Assembly (NCBI GenBank): GCA_009103225.1
Contig: RHPI01000773.1
Coordinates: 1-64,000, forward strand
DNA length: 64,000 nucleotides
Source of the DNA: Chlorokybus atmophyticus
Lineage: Eukaryota; Plantae; Mesostigma and Chlorokybus algae
Direction: 5' to 3'
Positions 36,059-50,257 of this stretch are shown here, one piece after another. Below the pieces are notes generated by a model. It was given only the letters and a program-made list of their open reading frames with translations. It ran no database searches and was not told the origin of the DNA. Made by a program: the position numbers and the translations under genes. How positions within the stretch are numbered: position 1 is the stretch's first letter; the number at the start of each line of letters is the position of its first letter.

Positions 36059-37390
36059 CGAAGCACTCCTTGGGACGCTCCTCAGTGCACCTGCCAATAT
36101 CTGCCAAGCCGACTAGAGCTGCTGAGTAGCTCCACTGTGTCGCATATGTGTTGGCATGAGGCAATGCCACTCCACGCACTGGTGCTTGCAGTTGTTGAGA
36201 TTTCATGCGCTGTAGCTGACTTCAGACTTGCAAACTCTAGCATATGAGAAATAGCATATGAGTCATATGCAAGCAGCCTCTGGCATCCGAGCTTTGTATT
36301 GCAGCTTCTTGAGTAGCATCGGTTGGTGAGAATCCTGGAGTGCTGGACCACTGGCCGCAGTTGTGTTGGCCATTGTGGACTGTACTGCCGCTATTAGTGC
36401 TGTGGAGGTGTACAAAAGATGCAAGGCGAGTTTCATGCATGCAAGGCACACCGCATTCATCAGATACATGCAGTGAGTACAGCATTACCAGCACACTCTC
36501 ACATACAACACCACCGGGCTACATGCTAACCTACTGCTAGCCACTAAGTGCGACACTAACTATTCACCTACCCCATTAGACATGCATGCATAGTAAGACA
36601 AAACGGCACGCACGTGCAGGTAACAACCGTGTGTTTTGACTGCACGCATGTGACAGCACAGTTTGTAAAGGGCCGTTGCCCATATGAGGTAATGCATAGA
36701 AGCTCATGTGCAGAGCATGAGTGAGCGCTAGACAGCTCACATCAGTCTGTTGAAGTTACTTGTGCAAGTGTAAGCCAATCTGCGCGGAGTGAAATGCTGT
36801 AAGTTGTGTAATGAAACCGGCAAGTTGTCACCTCCGTTGCTGGTGATGGAACCGACTGTGCTATGCATTCACTGCACCGCAATCTACTTGCGCGCGTAAA
36901 GTCAGTTGGCGCTGTTGTCATGTCATCAACGCCACTGCTTGTGAGTGCTGTCGATGCTAAGCATGGAGTTAACAGCTCTAGCAACATGGTGTGCAATCCA
37001 CCTTCCAGACTTGCAGACCTGGGTGTTCCCAAGCGGCCTTGATGTTGGCGTGCTTATACGCAATGACAGTTGCATATGCAATGGATGACAAAGCATACAG
37101 TACAATCGCGCAAATTGGCATTATTGTATGTCCTTTAAACAGTCGTGCGGCATGCAGCAACAATGCTGCCATGCTGTTTGCTGTTCTGATCTAGTGTCTC
37201 GGCAAGTGAACTACACTCAGTTCAACTGCGCTTCACGTCACCAGCTGACACCAACTGACGATAATATTGGTGAAAAACTATCTCGTGTGCAGTCCAGCGT
37301 CTTACCGTACTACAGGTGCACGTGCCTATACCGCTAGTGTAGAAAATATGCAATGCTATGCATGTGATGGTGCAATACCAGTGAATACAT

Positions 37391-40041
37391 CTAGTTAGCC
37401 TGTATGTGGATGTGAGTGCTAGGACTTGCTGCAAATGTAAAAACCCTGCTTAATGCTGCAATCAGTGCACCCGTGTTGAAAATGACACCTTCACCATGCG
37501 GTTCAGAGTCCACTTCAACCTGCAATGACATCATTCGCCAGTGAGAAAGCTCATAACATCGGTGTCATTCTACGGCAAGAAAGTACTCACCACGTCCACG
37601 TGCATTCGCTGAAGTGCAGGTTTGTTAACTGGAATCTGACCCCCGCGAGGGATGAAAACGGCAGTCACATAATCTGCTGCCTGCACACACACGCGCGTCT
37701 TTTATATCTTCCCAAACACTAAAGCAGCCAATGTGTATCACAAACTGTGTCCAATCACAACACACGCCAATAAACTTTCCAGCTGTCTTGGCTACACAAG
37801 CGGTGCAGTTGATAGCAAACAGATCTCTGTTTCCTCATTGTTCATTGCTGTGAAGGGGAAGCAAGTGTTGTGATGCTTACTTGATACTTCAGCCGCTGCT
37901 GTGCGTCACCACTGTGAGCTCTGTTCAATGCATCTGTGATGGCTGCAATGAAGTCCGCAGCATCCATGCCTTGTGTTTCGCGATCGTAGCAACCGTTAAG
38001 GAGAAGCATTTTGGGGCACCTGCTGGCAGCGATAGACTCACCAACACCTTTGAGAATCTGAAACACGAAGCAATCAGCAGGTTTTCATGTAACATGAGGT
38101 ACTCCTACAAAGTACAGTTAGAGGCCAAAGCTCACCAGTTGAGGACAGATGGATGTGTACAGGGAGCCCATGGCGTAGATAATACCATCAGCGCTAGTAG
38201 TTTTTTCTAAGACAGTCTGATTAACAGGCGGAAAAACCTGTTGGACATGGTCACACAGAGATCTGAGTCAGGGCAAACGGGGTGCACCATCAAGTTACCT
38301 AGTACAAACAGCATGTCTCCACCATTCTGTACCTCATGCACCAGGTGAGGTCCTTCAGTGGCAAGATAGAACACTCTGCGTATTCGTGATGGGAGCGGCG
38401 TTGAAGAGCGCGCATCCTGTCCGATGAAACACAGGTTTCAAGAAGGTTGTGGCAGAAGGGAGGACGTTCCTGAACACGAGTTACACTTGAGCACCACGGG
38501 CATGTATACCTTATCCACCGAGTTGCATAAGGATTGCTCTGAAGGGTGTGAGATGGCATTTTGACCACGAATAAAGGAACCATCCTGTGTGGACACACCA
38601 TGATGAGGCGTGAACACAGACGTTGAGGTGAGGTGCAATCCTGGTTGAACATAGTGCGTACCTCCAACTCTGCGCCTAATACTAAGCGATCTATGGTGTT
38701 GACTGCCGGGAGCACAAGAGACTCTGGAGGAACATGCGACACTCGGCTGTACAGGAAAATAGCCGCATCCATCGAGCGGAAGAAGGTGCGAGCTCCAGCG
38801 AAAAAAAAGTTACCTACACTGTGACAGCAGGAGCAACATCAGCGCGAATGCACGCACGCATGCCCTGTCATCAGCCGGTACCTGATGCAAACTTACCTGC
38901 CATTAAGAAAACAAAACTTGTCTGTTGTGTTGCGCAATATCTGTGAGCCATAGTGTCATTACTCTGCCACGCTGGGAAATGGCATTTGTTGCGCAACATT
39001 GCTGGTCCACAAGTGTACCTGTGAGTGGAAATGAATCAAAAATGCCTTGATTGTGTCTCGGTAAGGGTGCGAGATTCCTTGCCAAAGCTCGTGGTCACCT
39101 TCGACTATGCAAAACCTGCAGACAACCAGTTGCATGATGAGCACTACAATTAATCGTCAATGATAGCTGCGTGCATTGGTAGTGGCGCACCACTCCATCT
39201 TGGCTCGATTCTCGTCAGAGGGATGCAACCGGTAACCAAGGAGTCGCTTGACGGCAATTGCCTCTTCTGTGTCACTGGCAGAAAGGCGCAGGCAACGAGA
39301 ACGAATATCACCCACAGCAGGCCCCCCTGGCAAATGAACATCAATGTATATGTTAGTGTTGCAGCCATCAACTGCATGTGGGTCCAAGCGAGCAAGAAAC
39401 CTTACCTAAAACACGGACAATCTCTGCGGTGCTTCCGCCATCATCCGACACTGGCAAAACATGCGCGACGCGCGTGGTGTAGTGCATTAACTCCTCTGCC
39501 ACGCCATTGAACGCTGTGCCGCCTATTAACCAGACAGCGATCAGCATGCAAAACGGCACACAGTGCATCCTGCCTACAATGGATTGCCTCCTGCGCATAT
39601 AGATGAAAACCATGCAACCACTGCTGCTGCACAAAGCAAATCTATCCTTTCGAACAGACCTGAAAACACGACAAGTGCAGGTTCTCGCCGTGATGAAACA
39701 GATTGCCTTTGATTCCTTTGGGAACTCCTCTGCCCTTGGTACTCCGACCAGGGAGTTCCTGCCTCGTCTGCTTCAGTCCAGGCGTCTTTGGTGCGGCGGA
39801 GGTTGGGGTCTGTTGTCCTCGTGTCGTGGGCGAGCTCCGTCATGAGGCCTGGCGCTGAGTCGTGCAGCTGAGCAGCGGCCGTCAATGCTGCTGTGTGCTG
39901 TGCCGGCTGCTTCTTAGCCTGAGATAAGCTCGGTTTCCGCTTAAGAACGAGGCGCGGTTCTGCTAGGCAACGTTGCTGCTGCCTATTGTGACTGAGGCTG
40001 CGCCATAGCAAAGGCTGAGCAGTGCCTACAGCAGCATTCAT
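37391..40041 (-). CDS. CofD/YvcK (UPF0052) family protein, MEE18-like; true start probably further upstream (~40440)
   Basis: ALVVFSG|GTAFNGVAEEL, HVLPVSDDGGSTAEIVRVLG, GPAVGDIRSRCLRL, MDAAIFLYSRVS, LLLNGCYDRET; stop TAG at 37391. Confidence 0.88.
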
Positions 40042-41079
40042 GGAGCCTCAGTACAGGCAAATTTCAACGACGGTCTACAGCAGTGAAGTCACCTGCAACC
40101 ACAGCGGCGATTCACCTCACACATTGTTCACAAAGCTTACAGAGTCGGCTTCGCTAGTGGTCGCGATGAGCATACAGCATACAGCTTACGGGAGCATGCA
40201 GCACAGTGACGGCTGCGAAATGCGCCAGGCTAGTCTCAGGACAGGGCGAGCTTCGACCAGTAACATGGATCAACGCACATTAACGACATTGGAAGCTACG
40301 CAACCCATGCTAGCAATGCGTCGAAGCACAGTACCTCTCTTCCGTCGTTCCCGAGCCGGCGCCTCGCCAACGCCGCCGCCGCATGGCCAGCCTCAGCACC
40401 GCCACCACACCAGCCTGGCGTAGGCTCAGCACGTTACCGACGATACATACCGTATCTCACCTCCGTATCCCAGCCAGCTTACCATACTGGGGCACACGTC
40501 GACGCTCGCTTGTGCCGACATACACTCAGCCGTCGGCGCATGCCACATCAAGAGTAAGCTCAAGCTGACGTGGAAAGGTGCAATTCTGAGACGCGATGGG
40601 TCTTAAAGTCGCTTCACCAATGGGTTGGCATAGGGTCGCGGTAAGACCCGAGGTGTGGCTCCACTCGTGCTTATCTAGGCCGCGCGCAAAGAGCTGACAT
40701 GGACACAACGACGCGCCCAGCATAACGTTACGTAAGCCGGTTGCTCCGAGTCTTTTATATAGCGTAGCTTGTCGTTCGCGAACGTACAATGACTACAGTA
40801 CCGAGCAGATGGGCACGAGCTTCAATTACGTTGCCACGTACGCTAAACGTAATCCAATGTATTCTGGCAGGATGTTACGCTGACGTTACGCAACACTCGA
40901 GTTACGTGCTGGTGACAGCACGTAACTCGGCAAGGATATGCACGAGGCCTGCAGCACAACGCTGAAGGCGCCAACTGTGCTGACGGCAGGCGGCGGCGGC
41001 GGTGTGGGTGGCGGAAGCGGCGTCGGTGGGGTAGCTGCGTAGGTGGCCTGGGTTGGCTAGTTGTTTCTTCACACACACG

Positions 41080-43416
41080 ATGCAGAGCGACAAGCAGACG
41101 CTGCGTCAGAAGATACTGCTCGACCATCTGCGGCCGGCAGCTTCGCGCGGGAGCTCCGTGGAGGTGAGTTTGGCGCTTGGCCAGCTGCTTGGACCACAGC
41201 CGCTCTACTTGATGTAGAAGTCGAATTTGTCTTACCTTGAACAGTGAAGGGTCGCGGGTGTCTGCTGGTCACCGTTTTTGTTGAATTGTTTTCAAATACT
41301 ACGTCGTTTCGGTGCTCACGGCACCATTGGTTAGAAACTGCTTGCGCAGCGCTGGAAACGCATCTTGAGTGTACCATTCCAATAATGCTGCAATGTGAGT
41401 GAGCAACAGGAGTCAACACGTCTCTATAAGTCATGGCACTGTGGTCGTTGGTATTGGCTGGTTTTTGGCCTCTGTGCTTCCCTTCAAATCTGGGACTGCT
41501 GCTCGTGTAGCGAGCCGCGTCACATGCTTCTTACGTGGATGTGTTTGTCAGGCCATTGCATGCAGTGCCTCCCCATACGAGCGTCGCACGGATGCTGCAG
41601 ATGATGTTGTCATAGTCACGGCATTCCGCACACCTATGTGCAAGTCCAAGCGTGGTGGTCTCAAAGACACTGGAGCAGATGATCTCATTGCCACGTTGCT
41701 GAAGGCCACAGTTGAGCGCACTGGTAAGTTAATGTTCCAGAATGAACGCAGCAAAGCTATTGGTAGGGTGGTAGATAGGTGATTGAGGGTTACCTGGTCA
41801 TCTATCTGACCAGGTAACCCTGCCTGACGTTGCTGACTTTTGCATGTCTACGAGCATTATTTGGGTCAACCATGCAAATGCATGTGTGCTCATTGGCCGT
41901 GTGTCGGTAGGCATTGACCCCAAAATTATTGGAGACATCGTGGTGGGCAGCGTCCTGGCCCCAGGTGCTCAGCGTGCCAACGAGTGTCGAATTGGCGCCC
42001 TGCTTGCGGGAATCCCTGAGACCGTGCCCATTCGGACTGTGAACCGCCAATGCTCATCCGGTCTACAGGTGACTGGCTTCGTCTGTGCTATACATGGGCA
42101 CCCCTTGAGGAATGTCTCGCTCAACTTGATATATTGGGTTGTTATGATGGACATTGAGATGTAATCTTGTTGTTATGGTTACTGTTGTGGATTAAGCGAC
42201 TCCAGTATGGTGGTTGGAGGTTATTGCAAAGAAACAATTGGCCTGACGCTGACATTGCATGCTGCGCAAATGCAGGCTGTTGCAGATGTTGTGGCCGCCA
42301 TCAAGGCTGGTTTCTACGATGTTGGCCTCGGCTGTGGGGTAGAGTCAATGACATCTAATCCCATGGCATGGGAGGGAAGCGTGAACCCCAAGATTGAGAC
42401 CAATGAGAAGGCGGCTGCATGCATGCTGCCCATGGGGGTAACCTCCGAGAACGTTGCTGAGCGCTATGGTGTCACGCGTGCGCAGCAGGATTCCATGGCG
42501 GCAAGGTCGCATGAGCGTGCAGCTGCTGCACAAGAAGCAGGGCGCTTCAAGGTGATGATTGTCACATGCTGAGTTTTACGCATGCCATGCAACAACTCTT
42601 GTACCCAACTCTATCTATTTACCGCCTGACTGGGAGCATCAGCTAAGACTATTGGTTACAGGATGAAATCATTCCAGTGCACACGAAGCTTGTTGACCCC
42701 AAGACTGGTGATGAGCGTCCCGTGGTGATTTCTGAGGATGATGGCATTCGCAAGGGAACCACTGTTGCGTCACTCAGCAAGCTCAACCCTGTGTTCAAGA
42801 AGGGTGGAAGCACAACCGCTGGTAACTCCAGCCAAGTCACTGATGGCGCTGGTGCAGTGCTGTTGATGAGGCGCTCTAAGGCACAGGAGCTCGGCCTGCC
42901 AGTGCTCGGAGTTTTCCGCAGGTTTGTTTTTCTTGATTGATTGTTTGCTGCTGTGTGTCCTGTGCACGTCTGACAGTATACATCTTGTGCAGCTTTGCAG
43001 CTGTGGGAGTAGACCCTGCAGTGATGGGTATTGGACCTGCAGTTGCCATCCCTCAGGCTGTGGAAATGGCAGGTCTGCGCATTGAAGACATCGACCTGTT
43101 TGAGCTGAATGAGGCATTTGCTTCACAAGCCACTTACTGTTGTGATAAGCTGGACCTCGACCAGAACAAGGTCAACGTCAATGGTGGGGCAATGGCACTT
43201 GGTCATCCACTTGGAGCCACAGGTGCACGCTGCGTTGCCACGCTGCTGCATGAGATGAAGAGACGAGGCAAGGACTGCCGGTTTGGAGTTGTGTCTATGT
43301 GCATCGGCTCTGGCATGGGTGCGGCTGCAGTATTCGAGCGCGGCAGCATCGTGGATCCTTTGTCGACAGCTAAGGCATCACGTGTTCAGAACCATCTATC
43401 CCGCGATGCGCATTGA
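41080..43416 (+). CDS. KAT2: Peroxisomal 3-ketoacyl-CoA thiolase with PTS2, 6 exons
   Basis: Exons 41080-41163, 41552-41723, 41911-42068, 42276-42551, 42662-42921, 42993-43416. PTS2 RQKILLDHL; NRQCSSGLQ, NEAFASQ, GHPLGATG, SMCIGSGMG. Confidence 0.96.
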
Positions 43417-44030
43417 GAGATGCTTTGAAGCCTATGCACATGCTCGGGTTGTAGCCATGGCAGCTGTAACAGCCAAGTAGTGACGCTTCACGGCTGTGCT
43501 TGTGTGCAAGGACATTTGGCAATCAGCTGGTTGCAACTTGTAGTGAACCTGGTTGTGGTGAAGCTGTAACCGCTGAGATCTACCTGTATCTGTCACCTTA
43601 TGGTGCACAGCAACCCCGTTCACAAGCCATTCATGGCTGCTGTTTACGTGGTGCGCCATGCACTCTGTGCACAACAAACAAAAGGGCTGCACACACATGC
43701 ATGCTGCCACCGTACCATACCCCTTATATACACAGTTGTCTCGCGCATATCCTGTACAACAACCACCGGACTTGCTTTATGCTTCACTTGCATGCATGAA
43801 GTGCAAAATAAGCAGAGTCACTGTCGCAGCGATCGACTGCAATTGCATTACCACGACTGAAGTTGCTACAGTGTACAAGGCCTAAGGACCAACCCATCAC
43901 TTATTTCGTGCACAGGATGTGTACGGGGTGCTCCATCATACATGCTGGCCCATGCAATATGTGCAAAGAATGTATGCTGCATCTGCGACGTGCTGTTACG
44001 CATGCACAGCGTCATGCAACATGCATTTAT

Positions 44031-44225
44031 CTACTAGGCTGTGCCGCACATGCGCAACCATGCGGATGTATGCGGGTGTGTGTGTTCACGTGGGTTGGGG
44101 TTAGGGTTGGGGGCATGTCAGCAACAAATTTGCGTTAGCTACTAGGCTGTGCCGCACATGCGCAACCATGCAGATGTACTCATATGGGTTGGGGTTAGGG
44201 TTGGGGTCATGTCAGTGAAATTTGT
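44031..44225. repeat. ~108-bp tandem duplication, each copy with a short GGGTT(A/G) telomere-like tract
   Basis: CTACTAGGCTGTGCCGCACATGCGCAACCATGC occurs twice, as does GGGTTGGGGTTAGGGTTGGGG. Confidence 0.7.
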
Positions 44226-46856
44226 GTAAAAGTTCATATATATATTTGATTTTTTATATTGATATCATATGGGCTAGTCAACACACTATTACATGCAGCT
44301 GTACATGGCTCGTGTTGCTTATTAGCAGATTGCTAGACACTTATAAACATGCGTTTCAATTGTTGACGTTTCACAAGCAATATCATGACAATCAATTCTA
44401 TTGATATGTGTAACACAGAATACATCTGATGGTATATGTAACGGAGTGCTGCTGCTATGCGGTTGCCCGCCCCTATGTAATGAGAAATAAGGGTCCCAAC
44501 GGGATAAACATAGCCATTAGAGTCGCATGAGGGCCTTTGTAGGCTTTGATTGAATGTTATGTTATGTAATATCGATATCGACTCGAGACTCATGTCTCCA
44601 GTCGATATCGGCCACATGGCGGTGCTGCTAACGCAGCGACCGCAATAGCCAGGGGATCGAAAGATCTCCTGGCTGCCAGCAGCGGCGGCGACGTTGATGT
44701 GGTGGTGGTGTTGGGGTAGGGGATCAAAGGGGCCGGTAGCACCCCCCTTCTTACATTTCGTATCGGAGCGAGGGCGTGGGGGCCTGGGGGGGCGGCGACG
44801 GCTTTGGCAGCGGCGGCGCACAGAGGCGGCAGTCGACACTGCTCAGTGCCGACGTCAGGCCAGCGGCCTGACAGCGGCGGCAGCTAGCAGCCGCTACCCA
44901 TTAGGGTGGGTAGTGGTGGTTGTTAGCTAGTTGTTGTTGTTGTTGTATAATTGTATAATTGCTGCTGTTGGTGTAGCCTAGCCTAGCCTTGCCTTGCCTT
45001 GCTTGCTTAGCCTAGCTTAGCTTGCCTGGCCTAGCCTAGCTTGTGAGTGTGAAGGGGAGGCGGCCACTCAGGCAGCCTCACCTCAAGTATTGCATCCCAG
45101 CACATCACTTGTAATAACATTATCACATTATTACTTGTGAGTGTGCTCGTGGTTGGGGCTGCCACCACGTGGATTTGTGGTGTCAGGGGGGGTTTGTGGT
45201 TGTTTTCAGTTCTCCCACCCCAAAAAAGCAGTCTAACGCCAACTTGGGCTGTTTTGGCCGCCATTCAGTGCGGTAGGGCCGCCAGATTCATTCTAAGCGG
45301 TCGATATCAAACCCTCGACTCACAACATGTTGATATCAGCCTGTAGGGCTGATTCAAAAAGAGTTTGGCACCTTTTGTGTCATTTACAATTGTGAGTTGA
45401 GCAGGGTTGTAAAAAGTGAAAACTTTGAGTTGTTGTAGCTTGTGAACCGTCGCGTGGATTCGCATATGGTTTTGTTTACAAGCGAGCATCTTGTTGAGAG
45501 GTGTTGGGCAGTCATTTTACGTGATGTTTAACCCAAGTATAGCACCTTGAAATCAACGAGAAAGAAACAACGAATTTTAACACTTTCTGAGTGCACAACT
45601 CGTGTGCTTGTGCACTCGTGCACTTGTAAACTTCTTGACGGCTTGTCTCCTTCGGCAGATGTCTTACCAAGGAGAGGAAGGCGGGATGTATCCCGTTCTT
45701 GAGGATTTATCCTATGAGCCATCAAGTGATGAGGAAGTGAAGCACTTGGAAACGAGTGGTAGTTACTATGTCAATGAGGAGGAAGAAGCCAAGTCGAAGA
45801 GTGGTGAAGCTTCTTCAAAGAAGTCCTCTTATGACGAACAACCTATGGACGCTCAGAGCATCATCGGGACGGCCATAGCAAAGTACGCATCAGAGCGTGA
45901 GGCTCTTCTTGCTGCACACCCCCAGCTTCACAAGGAAGTGTGGGATGAGTGGGCGCAGCAAGTCCGTAACGCATATGAGACGGACTTCGCGGCACTCCCG
46001 CGCGCAAGCAAGGAAATGGTGATTCGCATGATCGAGCACGAGTTGACACGTAATGTACCGCAACTCATGCGCACAGATCTAGCAGTGGCCGCTCTTATGG
46101 CCACTTATGACAAACCAGGCCCGTATCCGGGCCAAAGGATGGCATTCGAGGCTCTCACCTTATTGACGATGAAAACTCAGAAGCGTTGCAAAGACCTCTT
46201 CTGGTACTTAGGGCCTGAGCTAGAGGAGAATTTGGCCCGAGAAGAACGCTTGACTGCACGCCTCGATGCTATGCAGTCCGAGTTGGTGGCATTACGCCAA
46301 CAGGTGGCCGGGGCTACCACAATTGTAGCAGGGACATCAGTTGGCCTACCTGTCACAGCGCTGAACAAGCCCAAGAAGTTCAAGCCCAATGGGGCTGTGA
46401 ACATTCATGATTGGGTGGTGAATGTGAAGCGCTACTTGGCTGCACTTCAGCGACCAGTTAGTGAGCATACATCTGTTGTTGAGTTGCTCATGCCACCTGA
46501 CGCTTTGGCCGAGTGGGCACGTTAAACAGATATGGTGCTTCCAACACTGTGGAGGCATTGTTTCAGTTCTTGGTGGAGCGCCACGGTGGCATGGACCCGG
46601 CTACTGTTGCTCGCAGCAAGCTTACCAAGCTGCAACAGAATGGTCGAGCGGTTTCAGTGTACTTGTACCGGGAGTTTCAGGCACTCGTTGGCCGTGTGAA
46701 CAGTGGGCTCATGCCCATGGACGGGGCAACCATGGGTTCCCGCGGACCTTGCAACCTTGCAGAGGTTGAGTGTGTATCTGTTCAACGACGATGCTGCGGC
46801 TGTGCAGGACAAGTCACATGTGGTGGCTTCAGTCAAGCCACGTCGTGGAGGGGGGA

Positions 46857-47247
46857 NNNNNNNNNNNNNNNNNNNNNNNNNNNNNNNNNNNNNNNNNNNN
46901 NNNNNNNNNNNNNNNNNNNNNNNNNNNNNNNNNNNNNNNNNNNNNNNNNNNNNNNNNNNNNNNNNNNNNNNNNNNNNNNNNNNNNNNNNNNNNNNNNNNN
47001 NNNNNNNNNNNNNNNNNNNNNNNNNNNNNNNNNNNNNNNNNNNNNNNNNNNNNNNNNNNNNNNNNNNNNNNNNNNNNNNNNNNNNNNNNNNNNNNNNNNN
47101 NNNNNNNNNNNNNNNNNNNNNNNNNNNNNNNNNNNNNNNNNNNNNNNNNNNNNNNNNNNNNNNNNNNNNNNNNNNNNNNNNNNNNNNNNNNNNNNNNNNN
47201 NNNNNNNNNNNNNNNNNNNNNNNNNNNNNNNNNNNNNNNNNNNNNNN
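46857..47247. other. Assembly gap (N run)
   Basis: Visible Ns. Confidence 1.
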
Positions 47248-50200
47248 GGGGAAGCGGTTCCCTCTACCAAGTGCGGCGAAAAAGGCTAAGATCTCATCAG
47301 CACCTGCGAGTGGTGCTACGCCTACTGCAGCACGCGCATGCTACGTGTGCCATCAGCCAGGTCACGTTGCGAAGAACTGCCCAACCAAGGGGAAGGGCAA
47401 GGCCAAGAAGGTTGAATAGGATTACGTCGTGACTGATGTACCTTCATCTAGTGGCCAGTTGCTAGTGTTATATACAGCAAATTGGTTTGATGAATTGTCT
47501 CGTGTGGATGTAACGACACATGCATGGCAAGCACATGATAAGCTGCCACGTTTTGGTAGCGAAAAAGTGGATGACAATGCTTGTGTGCTAGTGCATGTAG
47601 AGTTTAACATGCTAATAGAAGTTTTGCGCACATTGTGTTACTTACAAAGTAAACACACGACACTGAGTGTGATTGTCATTGTGCCCAAATATCATGCACC
47701 GTGGCTGAAGCATACTCGGGGGGGAACTGTGTTGAAACAATTCACAAAGCGTGAGACGGGGACAGTGCGGTTGTCAGCAGTATTGATTAACCCACGCATC
47801 AATCACGGAATCTTGGCTACCTTTCAAGGGCGAGTAGTACCTTCACAAGCACGGCACAGGGTATTACTAGCTCGTTCTTGGTTGACAATGGGGCAACGCA
47901 TAGCTTCATATAAGAAAAATGGGTTATTCGCAATAAGTTAACGTGTAAACCCTCGGCCTTTTCAGCTGCTGGTGCTGGAGTACGTTATCAGTAAAAGGTG
48001 AAATTAAGTTCAAAGTTAAGATTGGTAGTTATCAAGCCAATTTAACTTTTATCGTAGTACCCATTGACATAGCTGGTGTTGATGTGGTATTTGGCCAAGA
48101 ATGGCAAAATCAAGTGTCTATGACATTAGATACTGCTGCACGGTTGTGCATAGTAAGAAGGGGCGTAAGCGCATCACTTTGTCCGTACAGGGGTCGCATA
48201 GCTTAAAATACAAGCAAACAGACCCTGCGTTACTTACGGCGCTTCAAGTCAAGCGTGCATTACGTAAAAACACACCTGCTTTTCTACTGCACTTAACGTC
48301 GAGTGATGATGTAGTGCCTGGCAATACAGAAGGTGTGGCGGACATCATCAAAAAGTTTCAGGATGTGATCTCAGGTGAGTTGCCGAGCTTGCCCCCTGAT
48401 CGAGGTGTCACACACAATACCTTTAATTCCTGATAGTGAGCCTCCATGTCGGCCTATATATAGGTTGAGCCCTCGTGAGAGGGAGGAAATGGAAACATAG
48501 ATAAAAGAGTTATTGAAAAAGGGATTGATCGAACCAAGTTCTTCACCCTTTGGCACACCCATGTTGTTTGTTATGAAAAAGAATGGGAAGTTGCTCATAT
48601 GTGTGGATTACCGTGCTCTAATCAAGATCACGGTAAAGAACACTGTTCTTTATCTGTTCTTGATCTTTTTCTGGCAGATACCCGTTGCCAAGGATTGATG
48701 ATGTGTTTGACAAGTTGTTAGGGAATGCGTACTTTAATATGCGAGACTTGACAAGTGGCTATCATTAAATGCGGATTCATCCTTCGGATGTCTATAAGAC
48801 AGCATTCGAAAAAAACCTACGAGCCATTATCAATACAAAGTGTTACCTTCTGTATTGACAAATGCACCCGCTGTGTTTTAGAAGGAAATGCATAAAATTT
48901 TCAATGATATGCTTAGTCAACATGTCATGATATACTTGGATGACATCATTGTCTTCAATAAAACAAAGGAAGAACATAGGCAACACTTGGAAGCGGTGTT
49001 TGCAAGATTGCGCAAGCATTGTTTGTTGGCAAATCTCGCCAAGTGTGATTTTTGTAAAACGGAGTTGCCCTTTCTTGGTCACATTGTTAGTGATGCGGGT
49101 ATCAAGCATAACCCTCGCAAAGTGCAGGTTGTGAAAGAGTGGCCCCAACCTCAGAATGTCCATCAACTAAGGTCGTCTCTATAGTTGGCAAACTACTTTT
49201 GCAAGCTCGTGCTGGGGTACTCGACAGTTGTCATGCCTTTAACCAAACTGTTGCGTAAAGATGCCCCGTTCATTTGAACGATAGCACAAGAAGCTGCTAT
49301 GCAAAAAGGTGAAGTTGGCTTTAACATCAGCGCCGGTGTTAGAACTGCCAAATTGGGGATAAACACTTCACAGTGGTCAGTGACGCATCAACACTTGGGT
49401 GTGGCGCGGTATGTTGCAAGATGGCAGACCTTGTGCTTATGAGAGTGGGAAGTTAATTCCTGCAGAGGTGAATTCCACTACGACAGAGCAATAACTATTG
49501 GGTATAGTTCATGCTCTTGAGACATGGAGATGTTACTTAGAGGGTGTTCAGTTCACTGTTGTAACCAATCACAACCCGTTGGTGTATTTCTCAACACAGC
49601 AAAACTTGTCGAAACGACAAGCGCACTGGAATGAGTTTTGTCCAGGTTCACCTTTGATTGGGTGTATCGGCCGGGCAAAACCAATGTGGCTGACCCTTTG
49701 AATCGTTGCCCGTCATTACTGGCGGTGATGTGCGCGCAATTACTAGCGACACGCAGCACGTTGTCTCCCGATAATAAGTTTGTGCAAACTGTTGTACAGG
49801 GGTACAGTTTGAATCCGTGGTTTTCTATTGCAGACAACTTACAAAAGTTTGACAAACGTGACAATCTATATTACATGAGCAACGGTGTGGTAATACCTGA
49901 CCATGCTGACCTGCGTGTAAAATGCATAGCGGATACACGATCCACCGTGCGCTGGGCACTTTGATAGTCGCAAGACCACTAAGGCAGCGCAACAGTTGTA
50001 TTGGTGGCCATCGTTGCCTGCTAATGTGAAGCGGTATGTGGACACGTGTGTCAGATATCAACGTGACAAACCGTTACGTTGACAAAAGCCCGCTGGGCTA
50101 CTGCGACTGTTACCAGTTCCTAACAGTAAGTGGGAAAGTGTGAGTATGGACCTTATCACTGAGCTCCCTAAGACAGCATTGGGTCATATTGCAGTTGCAG

Positions 50201-50257
50201 TATTTGTGGATTGTTTGACAAAAATGGTTCGCATTGTTCCTTGCCGTACGGACATAG

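Noticed and set aside
44089-44205. Interstitial telomere
   Set aside because: Only about 4 degenerate units within a local duplication.
46513-47432. ORFs spanning X runs (also 60773-61702)
   Set aside because: Open only because of assembly gaps.
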